This document shows, in pieces, positions 53,301 through 64,000 of a stretch of DNA of 64,000 nucleotides (positions within the stretch are counted from its first letter, which is position 1; the number at the start of each line of letters is the position of its first letter). The position numbers and the translations under genes were made by a program. This DNA is from Eledone cirrhosa (taxonomy: Eukaryota): positions 143,716,001-143,780,000 of the forward strand of contig OZ024740.1 in the NCBI GenBank assembly GCA_964016885.1, written 5' to 3'. Below the pieces are notes generated by a model, which saw nothing but the letters and a program-made list of their open reading frames with translations, did not search any database and had not been told where the DNA came from.

Positions 53301-54002
53301 AATGTGATGTCCAACTTGATAGTCTTTTACACTTTACTGTAAATAAAGAATTTGAATGTAAGGGCATGATTTTATCATTTTTATAAATAATATTGGAAAT
53401 TGTTTTCAAATGTTCTTTGTTTAGATATATTCACTTCTTAGAATCTGCTCCCACCATCACTGTACTCCCCCAATTCCACCCCTTCCACTCATCACCCTGT
53501 CAAACCCCAGCACACCTATCTTATACCCATAACATATTCTCTTCACCTTTTTACTTCCTCACATCACCACTTGAAGCCAGGCATGGAACCTGTCACTCTC
53601 CACCTCTTGTCACCTATGATATACCTAATATCCTTTTTACATCCTTCATCGTCTCTCCCCAAATAAGTTGAGTGATTGCATAAATGCTGCATCATTGGCT
53701 CTAAAGGACTGTAGCATTACTTCTTCACATGAAGGTAACTTAGACAAACTATAACCACTTGATTTCTTGCAGCTATTAAATAAATAACAATATATTGGTT
53801 TTCTTTTGCAGGCACTAGCTCTTCAGTGAAGCCTCTTACTACAATGACAGAGGATATTACTACAATGACAGAGGATATTACTACAATGACACCTTTTACA
53901 ATAGCGTCTATTTCAGGTAATAGTGCAAAATCATGCATTTCCAGAATTTGGATGGAACTTATTATTGGGATCATCATTACTGTTATCTGTTTAAGATATT
54001 AA
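41668..54002 (+). CDS. Spliced gene with 6 coding exons (786 nt, 261 aa): putative GPI-anchored two-Ig-like-domain cell-surface protein
   Basis: Exons 41668-41707, 43458-43499, 44885-45133, 47401-47498, 53192-53357, 53812-54002; all GT-AG with polypyrimidine tracts, phases 1,1,1,0,1 join without stops. Protein: MKILPLLYLLAMTYISMVNA-KLNIEANGTIWLGEEITLKTPISANTSAITWKSEGRNLVCDKSCGGNEDYKITRGNGLSTLWIRNVSWQYRTWTVIENDLETDDFTMDIN-VKPTIHFEIKPNCDYKIKTTCSKPKAVIKCLYGKDLKLTHESEPCNNRSIKLNPPGVNLMQQSTTPGKIKCDVQLDSLLHFTVNKEFEC-TSSSVKPLTTMTEDITTMTEDITTMTPFTIASISGNSAKSCISRIWMELIIGIIITVICLRY*. Confidence 0.85.
41921..43060 (-). mobile_element. Gypsy (Mag-like) gag-protease-RT fragment without LTRs
   Basis: Double knuckle CFWCGGTCHQKSECPAKNSTCNFCHKKGHWATVC; protease LLDTGSDKSFI; RT SPWRAQ..RLVIDYS..FSKIDLKAAYHQI..RLPFG. 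Confidence 0.9.
43458..43499 (+). CDS. Ig-like receptor coding exon 2 (42-nt mini-exon YISMVNAKLNIEAN)
   Basis: Acceptor ttcatcttttatag, donor gtaatt; phase 1-1. Supplies the VNA signal-cleavage site and avoids the TGA that direct exon 1-3 joining would create. Confidence 0.75.
44885..45133 (+). CDS. Ig-like receptor exon 3 (V-like Ig domain lacking the canonical B-F cysteines)
   Basis: Acceptor ctatttcag, donor gtaagg; 249 nt open, phase 1-1; motifs GEEITL, ITW, STLWIRNV. Confidence 0.88.
47401..47498 (+). CDS. Ig-like receptor exon 4 (first half of domain 2)
   Basis: Acceptor tattttgcag, donor gtaagt; phase 1-0; VKPTIHFEIKPNCDYKIKTTCSKPKAVIKCLYG. Confidence 0.85.
49130..49580 (-). mobile_element. 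CRE-type restriction-like endonuclease 3' relic
   Basis: ORF 49292-49573 GLSRVNGKRLIRLTL.P.AKSRCVLWGTTVSDAFAPH....KY resembles the G.RPDG.TL.PW..G...WD.TV.D RLE motif. Confidence 0.65.
53192..53357 (+). CDS. Ig-like receptor exon 5, copy B (second half of domain 2)
   Basis: Acceptor ttctttctcag, donor gtaagg; phase 0-1; contains GKIKCDV, an F-strand-like motif. Confidence 0.88.
53812..54002 (+). CDS. Ig-like receptor exon 6, copy B (Thr-rich stalk plus GPI-signal-like tail)
   Basis: Acceptor ttttcttttgcag, phase 1; stop TAA at 54000-54002; small-residue SGNSA followed by a terminal hydrophobic stretch. Confidence 0.85.
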
Positions 54003-57000
54003 AAAGTAATAGATAGAGATGGTATGTATTATCCACTATTTTTTTGCATGAATTTGATGGGTTTTCACCCTCACAGCTTACTTTCAACTTGCTCCAACAA
54101 TTTGAGATCAGCATCTCACCACTTCAGTCAAAGTCTTCCTTAGTCTTCTCTTCCACATCTTTCTTCCTTGGATTCTCTTAGTTCTTCTTGACCCAACGAT
54201 CATTATGCATCAGCATCACATGTCCTTACCAGTGCAATCTTCTCTCTTGCACATTTGATTCAACTTATGCCCAGTTTTTCACTTAATTCATTTGTGCTTC
54301 ATCATTCATGCATACTAACATTACACATTCTTAAAGAGCATGTTTGATTTGTTTCTCTGCAGTCTTCACACATTCTCTGTATTCACTGCCCATGTCTTAC
54401 TACAATGCTGTATCACACTTAAGAGACGTGCAACCAAGCAAATATTCTCCATCAGGCATCTACCATACTCTGAATGCCTTGCTTCCCTGGGCATGGATAC
54501 ATTGAAGCTCCGACGTCTGGCAATTGACTTGGTAAACACCCACAAAATTATTAACCATCTGAGCACCTTTTTGATTTCCATGTGTCTAACACACATGGGC
54601 ATGCCTACAAAGTCAGAAAATAGCACAGCTCCCATGACTTTCGGAAAAATTTTTTCATGCTCAGAGTTGCTGAAGCATGGAACAAACTCTGCATCAGTTG
54701 TTAGCTGCCGAGACACAACATGCTTTAAAACCTCCATGCTTCCTGAAATTTGCCAACACTATACTTGATATCCCTCCTCCATACACATGCACACATATAT
54801 ATCATGACTCATACACTGTTCACTTTCCTGGCATTTGTACATCATTCTATGTACTATAAATGCACCTTTGATGAATCATAGTGCACCTGAGCACTGTACA
54901 CAATAAATTCATTATTATTATATATATATAATGAAATTATTGTGTGAAGTGCTCAGGTGCACTACAACTCGTCAAAGGTGCATGTATAGTACATAGAATA
55001 ATACACAAATGTCAGTGAAGTGAATAGTGTATGAGTCATGATATACATGTGTGTATTTGTATGGAGGGGGAACATTAGGTGTAGTGTTGGTGAATCTCGG
55101 GAAGCATGGAGGCCTTAAAGGATGCAGTGTCTCGACAGCTAACAACCGATGCAGGTAGTTTGTTCCATGCTTCAGCAACTCTGAGCGTGAAAAAATGTTT
55201 TCGAAAGTCATGGGAACTGTACAGTTTTCTGACTTTGTGGGCATGTCCACGTGTGTTAGACACATGGAAATCAAAAAGGTACTCAGGGTTGTTATATGCA
55301 GGAATCATACAATCTACGCTTCAGATGTAGAGAAAAACCCTTGTTATCAACAAATATTTCAGTGTTACCTCTTTTCTCACTATTACCTCAGACAAAGAAG
55401 AATCCATCTTTAAAAATTTATAAATAAATTTTTTTTAATGAAATCATCATCATCATTTTACGTCCGCTTTTCCCTGCTTGCAAGGGTGGGACGGGTCTTA
55501 TTCAGCACAGCATCTCTCCACTCGTCACGGTCCCTCATCATCTCCACAGTGAGCTTCAATGATCTGAGGTTTGTTCTCACCACCTCCGCCCATATTTTTC
55601 GTGGTCTACCTCTACCACGTCTTCCTTCAACTGGCATTTCCTGGCACTTCTTCACCCATCGGTCATCCTCCATGCGCATCACATGTCCATACCACCTCAG
55701 TCTCCTCTCCCGTACACTACATTCTATCCCTCTCAGACACAGTTTCTCTCTCAACACATTTATGCTGGGTCGTTCACGCACATTTACACTGCACATCCAA
55801 CGGAGCATGCTTGCCTCATTTCTCTCCAGCCGTCGCATATCCTCTGCGGTTGCTGCCCATGTCTCACTACCATGCAGCATCGCGCTCCTCACACAGGCAT
55901 CATACAACCAGCCTTTCGTACGCAGGGAGAAACCCTTCTTCGTCAACAGAGGATGGTCCGGCCGCCTTACCATTTTTCATTTCCCTAATCGCCTCTTGGA
56001 CCCTATATTCGTCAATCTCAATAGCTGGTCCCTCTGTCGGATCTACCAAGGGTAATTTCTCTCTCTCCCATTCGTTCTCCACATTCATCAGTCTCTCATA
56101 ATGACATTTCCAGGCCTCCTTTTTCTGGTCATTCGTGACACTAAGTACACCGGCATCATCCCGGACACATTTATCTCCAACAACATCCTGATTTGCATTG
56201 ACACACTGCCTTGCAATGTGGAACACCGCACGCCTCTGATCTTCCCGTCGCAGAACATTGGCAAACCTCCTACTCTCTGCCTCCCTGCGTGCTAAGTACA
56301 CCTGACGTCTAGCTTCTCTCTTAGTGGCTGTATATTCTTCCCTACTCCCACCCTTTTTCCAAGCCTTCCATGCTAGTCTTTTGTCTCTAATAGCCTTATC
56401 TACTGTGCTGTTCCACCACCAGGTCACTCTCTGTCTGGTTGGAGCTCTGCTCCAGCCACAGGTTTCATCAGTAGCCTGCAGCAAGTTGTCACGTAAGAAC
56501 TTCCAGTTATTATCTATGTCATACGTCTCTAAATTGTCTTCTTTTTCGTCATATACATCTTGAAGGGCTTTCCTAAATTTGTATTTTAGTGAAAGGTCTT
56601 TTAGCTTCCAGACCTTTCTTCTCCACACCTTTCTATATGTCTCATTCTATCTCTTGCTTACTGAGATATCACTAACCTATGCTGTGGGGTACATTCTTCC
56701 CCAGGGTATGCCTTGGTATTAGACACTATCTGCCTATCCCGCTGCCTAACTAGCAGGAAGTCAATCTGGCTTATGTGCTCACCAGATTTGTAGGTTATTA
56801 GGTGATTGGCAGGTTTCTGGAAGTTTGTGTTGCAAATAGTCAATGTACTCGCATCACAAAATTCAAGAAGTCTCACTCCTTCTTCATTTCTTGAACCGTA
56901 ACCGTGCCCACCATGTACCCCAGTGTAACCATCCTGGAGCTGTCCAACTTGACCATTGAAGTCTCCTGCTAGCATAACGATGTCTCCGTCCTCTGTCATT

Positions 57001-60000
57001 GTGGTTGTTTGCAAAAGTTGCTCATAAAAGCAGTCTTTCTCATCTTTGCCTAGGCCTGCTTGGGGAGCATAGACCGAGATGGTTGTCAGTAGTCTCCTAC
57101 CTACAACTAATCTGAGCTTAATTATTCGATTACTAACTCGAACTACCTCTATTGTCTTATTGATCCATTTCTCAGCCAGGAAAATGCCTACTCCCTCTAA
57201 CTCATCATCATTACCTACCCAGAATAGCTTATAGCTAAGACGCTTGCCTACAACTAGTCTCGCAGAGGCACCTCTCCATCTCACCTCTTGCACGCAGCAC
57301 ACATCCACCTGCCTTCTCTCCAGCATCTCTGCTATTTCAGCAGATCTACCTCTGAGAGTGCCAACATTAAGTGTTGCAACTCTGAGATGCGACGTCTTCA
57401 TATTTTCCTATGCTGTTTTGTTGCTGTGCTGATAAGCTTTTTGGCATTGATACACTGGTTGGATGCCCTTCCTAACACCAGCACCACTTTACAGCATGGA
57501 CTGGGTGCTTTTATTTGTGCCACCAGCACTAGAGAGGATGTCTTACTAGACTCAAGGGCCCTCTCTACCCCTCCATTTTACAGCATGGTCATTATAAAAA
57601 AAAAAAAAAAAAAAAAAAAATCTTATTGACACGACTCACACACCAATACTCATGCATACAAACCACAACCACACATACCAACACTCATTCATGCATACAA
57701 TCACACACACCACTCTCAAACTCTCATATATATATACATATATTACCGACAGTACTGATACAAATACTGAAATAACTATTTAAAAGATCTTTTGTTTACT
57801 CTACGTTAACAGGGCAGAGATCAAGGAATTTCAGTAATTCTTTGTTTGCAAATAATCCAAAAGAAACTGTTCTCAAAATAAAACAATGCCAAGGGTGAGA
57901 TAAAACATGTCTGGTTGACTAAAAAAAATAAGATCATTATCATCATCATTTTATGTCTGCTTTTCACGCTGGCGTGGATTAGGCAGGTTGTCGTAGTCTG
58001 AGACCAGATGGGTCAGAACAATCAATCTTGCTTATTACATTCCATATTTGGTTTGGTTTCTACAGTTTGATGCTCTTCCCCTTACATGGTGTACTGGGTG
58101 CATTTTATCATGGCACCAGTGCTGTCCTCTCAAACCTTATCTTTGTCTCTGTTCAATTGCCAAACACTTTTAGTGTCGCAGTACTTGTGCTGGTGAACAA
58201 CTCTTTTGTATTATAGCATATCTCCAGTCAGCTTGGTTGTTCATTATCTCCTTAGTGGAGAGTTTTCCTTGGTCTCCTTCTTCAAGCCCTTGGCACTTTT
58301 TCATACAATTCTCCTTTTCCTTGTTCATTGCATTCATCACATGATGCTTAGCCTAGTGACCTTTACGTTGTTTGAAGCACATCTAGAATGCTTCTTCCAA
58401 AATGGCTCTCAGCTTCACCGTTGTAGTTTGCATGATATCCTCTCAGCTTTCTAAGCAAGAGCTTTTAAGTAGCATTTTTATTTTGGGAAACACCAGAAGT
58501 CATAAGGAGCTATATCTAGAGAGTAGGGAGCATGATAAATGAGCGAAATGCTTTTCTTGGCCAAGAAACCTCAAATCAGCTGTAATTAATTTATCAAGAT
58601 GTTGTCATGATGCAGTTGCCAGTTTTGTGAAACCTGTAGATCAAAGTGTCTTGCTCCAAACTGCATTATTAACATGTCAGAGGACTTCCTGATACAACTC
58701 CTTTGTAACTGTTTGTCCTAGTATGTATTCATGATGTACACTGCCCCAGTAGCCAAAGAAAATAGTCAGCATCACTTAATTTTGCTTCACACCTGATATG
58801 CTTTTTTGGGCCTTGGCAACATTGGCTGCTTCAATTGTGATGACTGAACTTTGGATTCCAGGTTGTACCCATATGCTCATATCTCGTCTCTAGTTATCAC
58901 AATATTCAGGAACTCAAAATCCTTGTTAGCAGTATCCAGCAGGTCCAGTGCAACTTCAAGATGAAGTTTTGTTGCTCCCGAGAAAGCAACTTGGGCACAA
59001 ATTTTGCTGCTATTCTGCACATGACCAAATCCTTTCTTAAAATTGCATATGCAGAATTTTTACTGATCACAGCCTTCATCACAAATTTCCCACACTGTCA
59101 AATGATGATTCTTCATTATCAAGTTCTGCACTTTCTCAATAATAACTGCCTTTCGACCTGTTCTACCATTAGTAACCTGCATGTTGAATTTTACAAATTA
59201 TTTCTGCTTGGATATATTTTGGAGAAAAATTTGATACAAGCTCATTGCTGTTCTGTCAGCATGAACAAAATTGAAATGGCTCAACAAAAATCATGCAGCT
59301 CCATTTTGCATGCTTTTGTCTCCCTAACATCACTACTTCTCACAAGAAAAAATAAGTGTGATATGGTTTTGACAAACATTACATATAGTTTCATAATATT
59401 CATACAAATTTTGTTATTCATTTTTGTTAATTTCAGGTCACTGCAAAGACATAAGGAATGCTTAAAGACTTTTTAAATAAAGACTTTTTAAATAACTGTG
59501 TTTTAGTTACTCTCAATTCTTGAATAATCTGGTATGGGTGTCCCGTTTACTTGTTCCAGCCATCCGGCTGAGGCGACCGCAGATTATCTATATCTATATA
59601 CTACTAAAACTCTGTGATTGCTTGCTTGCCTGTAATACATTACAAAAAAGCTGAAGTGAACGTGACCCAACGGTTCACGGGTGGTCTAGTATAATATAAA
59701 AGAGAGATATTTATTAGTTGGTTGAATCACACAAAAACTACACATACATCTAAAGAAAGAGAGAGATAGGCCATTATACAGTGAGAGATACAAGTGTTAA
59801 ATATTCAGAGAGAGAGAGTGACATCCCACAAAAGTATAGAATCGGCTTAAACTATAGATGCTTTGATCCATAAGAAGGTTTAACAATATTGCATTAGCTT
59901 TTATAAAGTAGTTTTACAGTCTTTGATTTTACAGAACAAAGAAAAATTGATATTTGAAATTAATCTACCCTCCAGCTTGTATCCATATACTACTTACAGT

Positions 60001-63000
60001 CTGTACTAACGGAGCAACACTTCAGAAGCAATGGTGCGTTTCAGATGACGTCCTTTGGAGCTGAAAAAGATCATACTGACTGGTTATTTCACATTTAAAA
60101 TCCAAGGCCAATGCTACCATTTAATCAGCAGTTTACTCCTCCATCTAATCCATGCTAGCGTGGAAGAACGGACGTAAAACGGTGATGATGATGATGATCT
60201 ACACAGTTTTGGTTACTAATTATCATCTGCAGTAGCATTTAATATCCACTTTCCATGCTTGTGTTGGTTAGACAGATTGTCACGTTATGAGACAAGACAG
60301 GTCAAGTAACCAGGACTGGATTTAGACCATGGGGGTCTAACACAAAATGCAAAAAACTGACCAATAATACATAAATATAATAGAGATACATACATAGACA
60401 TTAAATGGAAATATACATAATATATACACAATAGGTAAATGTTAAATATTATATATAAATGTAGACATATTAGTGTCAGAGCTGGTACAAAGATTTTCGC
60501 ATATATGTACTAGAGGTTTTGGCCAAAGCGTATCAAACCACCATAATGTGGTTAAATGCATCTATCAATGAAAATCTATCGTTGCCTAAACTAAGTACAG
60601 TAAGTTATATCTACATATTCAGAACACTGCTCTCTACATCCTGTAGGGAGAGAGCACTTAGTATTTTGTGGGTCATAATGATTGTCAGTTAAATCTTTAT
60701 GAGTGCTAATTTGCTGAATGATCTCTCTCCTGAACTCTTTACTATCAAATATATCATAAGAACTATATCAACACTTGGAAAGGTATCAGCAAGCCAATCA
60801 TAGAGTAACACTGCCTGTTGAGATGGCATGAGACATGACCTGAAAGTTTTAATCAAGGAATTGAATATATTTTAACCATAAACCCTGTAATTTTGACATG
60901 TACTATATTTCTAATCTGAAGAGAATGATGCATTCATCCCACAGAAAGATGAGCCTTTGTAATTTAAACTTGTATAAGGAAGAAAAAAGGGAATAAAAAG
61001 AAAATTTATTGTATATAAACTTTGTTGCACTTACTGACATTACATCATCATCATCATTTTACGTCCGCTTTTCTCTGCTTGCAAGGGTGGGACAGGAACT
61101 GATTCTGGCTTGATTTCTACAGCTGGATGCCCTTCCTAACACCAACATCATTTACAGTGAGTGCTGGGTGCTTTATTGCCATGGCACCTCCAAGACCACT
61201 TTGCAGTGGAATGATATGGACCCCAGTCCCTATCATCTCATTTCTACAGCTGAGTAAACTGGAGCAATGTGAAATAAAGTGTCTTGCTCAAGGAAACAAC
61301 ACATCACCCAGTCTGAGAATTGAACTCACAACCTTATGATTGCAAGGCCAATGCTCTAACCACTAAGCCATGTGCCTCCATTACACATGTTTAAATTTTA
61401 GAATATAGGCCTTGTTTTGAGCAAAGTATGAGATTTCTAAAAAAAAACATCCCTAAACTAATAAAAAATGAAAATCTGCAGTTCAAACACAGCATCAAAG
61501 TTTCAAATCCTTTTGAGAGATGTCTGGGAGAAATAGAGACAGATTTACCACAGTATTTAAGTAGTTTATTCTCACCTCCACTCTAGAAGAGAGATTTTTC
61601 AATGTTCTTTATACGTTCATAGCAGACAGTTCTCCATTTTCCAGTCAGCAGCTAGGGCTTCAAACGAAGTAAGATATGTTCCCTGATTTAAAATTGTACT
61701 TCAGTTTGTCTTTTTATCTGAATAATAGTCTGCTTACATTACTTGCACCATTATGAAGTTGACTGTATAACAGTACCTTGGGTGTGCTGTCGTCAATCAT
61801 ACATAGAACATGACCAGCCCATATATATATATGTGTATAATCATTGATATATATGTATACTGAACCTTAAGGACATCAAAGCACATGTATATAGAGTGAG
61901 TCTGCAGTGCTGAGACCGGGGAGTCCACTAATCATGAGAGTGTATATATATATATTTATATTTGAAAAAGGAGTAAGGTTCTATACAAAACAGGTTATAG
62001 AGAAAAAGTAGGATTGGAAACAGCACAGGAAATAACGGGAAATAAATTTAAAGAATCTGGGTTTTTTTTACTTCTTTGATCCGTCAATTTGAAAAATGTA
62101 CTGTCAATGTACTGTCTTAGCTATAAAGATGTCATAATGTGTATAAATAATAGAATTATGTCCCTCTTTAAGAAAACAAGAATAGTATAAAAGTAAAAAC
62201 CCAATTTATATAATAAATATGATTTTCAAAAGAAACAAATCAATAAAAATCAGTCAATGAAAAATAACAGAAAGCACACTTAATGACAAACTACAACATA
62301 AAATGCTGGTATTGCCCTCTAAAAATGTTTGAGGCAAGCCAAGACAGCATTACTGAGAGTGATAGTGAGGCTAAGATGCTGGAATAGCCAAGTGTCCTTA
62401 TGAACATCATCTGATAATTAACTGTCAACGGCCCAGCTTCCCTTAACATTCTCAAATGTTACAAGCTAAAAATGTCATTCACTGATAAATCACAGTATTT
62501 CAGTAATTCATTCTGTTTATGAAAAGATATAACAACATTAGAAGATATTTCCTTGTGACTTTTATGAACAGTATAATACTTTTCAAATTGAAATGGTTGA
62601 TATGTTATATTTGAAAACCCAGAGTCGACAGTTACATGTGATATAAAGAAAATTAAAGATTTAATGAACATAAGTAATTTGAAATTGCTAATCAATATTA
62701 ATTCTATTCTCCACCACAATCTGAAGTCAGTGATTAATCAGATTGTAATAATACATGTCTATGTATTTAGTTTTGTTTTAGATCTTTTATCTAAAAATAT
62801 TTTAATATATCGTTTGTAGTAACTTGTGTTTGGGTGACACTTCATCTGTAGTAAGACTATCCAAGCAGTTAAATATTTAATAACTTTTGAGAGAGAAACA
62901 CTTTAGAAATGTTTACCAGTATTATTAGGCTTCCATTAGCAGAAACTAACTTTTCTATATAATCATACATAATAGTTTAGAGAATGATCTAAAATAAGCT

Positions 63001-63288
63001 TATTGATTTATCTCATTGTTTAATCACTAATTTCAAATTTTGTAGCTTTGGTTAGATGTTCTACATATTAAATGATAATATAATAATTTAAGAGTAAACC
63101 AGATTTATTAAAATTACAGGTTACTAAAATTTATTCTAAAAGAGTGATGCAGTAAAAATTAATGATTCAGAGCCTCACAGCTGAGATGACAAAAGGTTGA
63201 GGAAATGTGGTGATATCATTTAAGACAGATATGTCTAACTAATACTATTGATGTAGTCATTCTTCTGTAGTAATACAGACATGTGTAG

Positions 63289-63850
<562 letters not shown>

Positions 63851-64000
63851 ATGGATACTTTTTTTGTTTTCTTTCTTATATATTATTGTGTTAATGAAAA
63901 TATTCCTCCTACTGTATTTTCAACAACTGGTTTTTGTTGACATTTGAAGATGGTTACAAAAACTTTTACAAGTTTAATTAGAATGCATAATCATTTTGTA

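Overview
AT-rich, repeat-dense eukaryotic DNA. The repeat families (RTE LINEs, tRNA/Nin-domain SINEs, Penelope, CDICGKSFS-type C2H2 arrays) point to an octopus-like cephalopod genome (inference). The window's ends are two nearly identical copies of one segment (1-13597 and 49794-64000; offset about 49.8-50.7 kb). The main result is a six-coding-exon gene missed by the ORF track (41668-54002, + strand). It encodes a 261-aa protein: signal peptide, Cys-atypical Ig-like domain, Cys-rich second Ig-like domain, Thr-rich stalk and GPI-type hydrophobic tail. Its last two exons recur in the first copy (3402-3567, 4010-4179). Exon 5 differs between copies by 8 substitutions that change 7 residues with no silent change, while the flanking kilobases are almost identical: a diversifying-selection signature on a surface receptor. 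The rest is mostly transposon debris: RTE, BovB-like, CR1 and CRE LINEs, Penelope elements with hammerhead ribozymes, a very young non-autonomous LTR element with an extended tRNA-Trp PBS, and Helitron, mariner and hAT relics. There are also three C2H2-ZNF pseudogene copies, a roughly 40-unit hairpin satellite with higher-order structure, and a 217-bp-arm palindrome. Coordinates of degenerate repeats are approximate.
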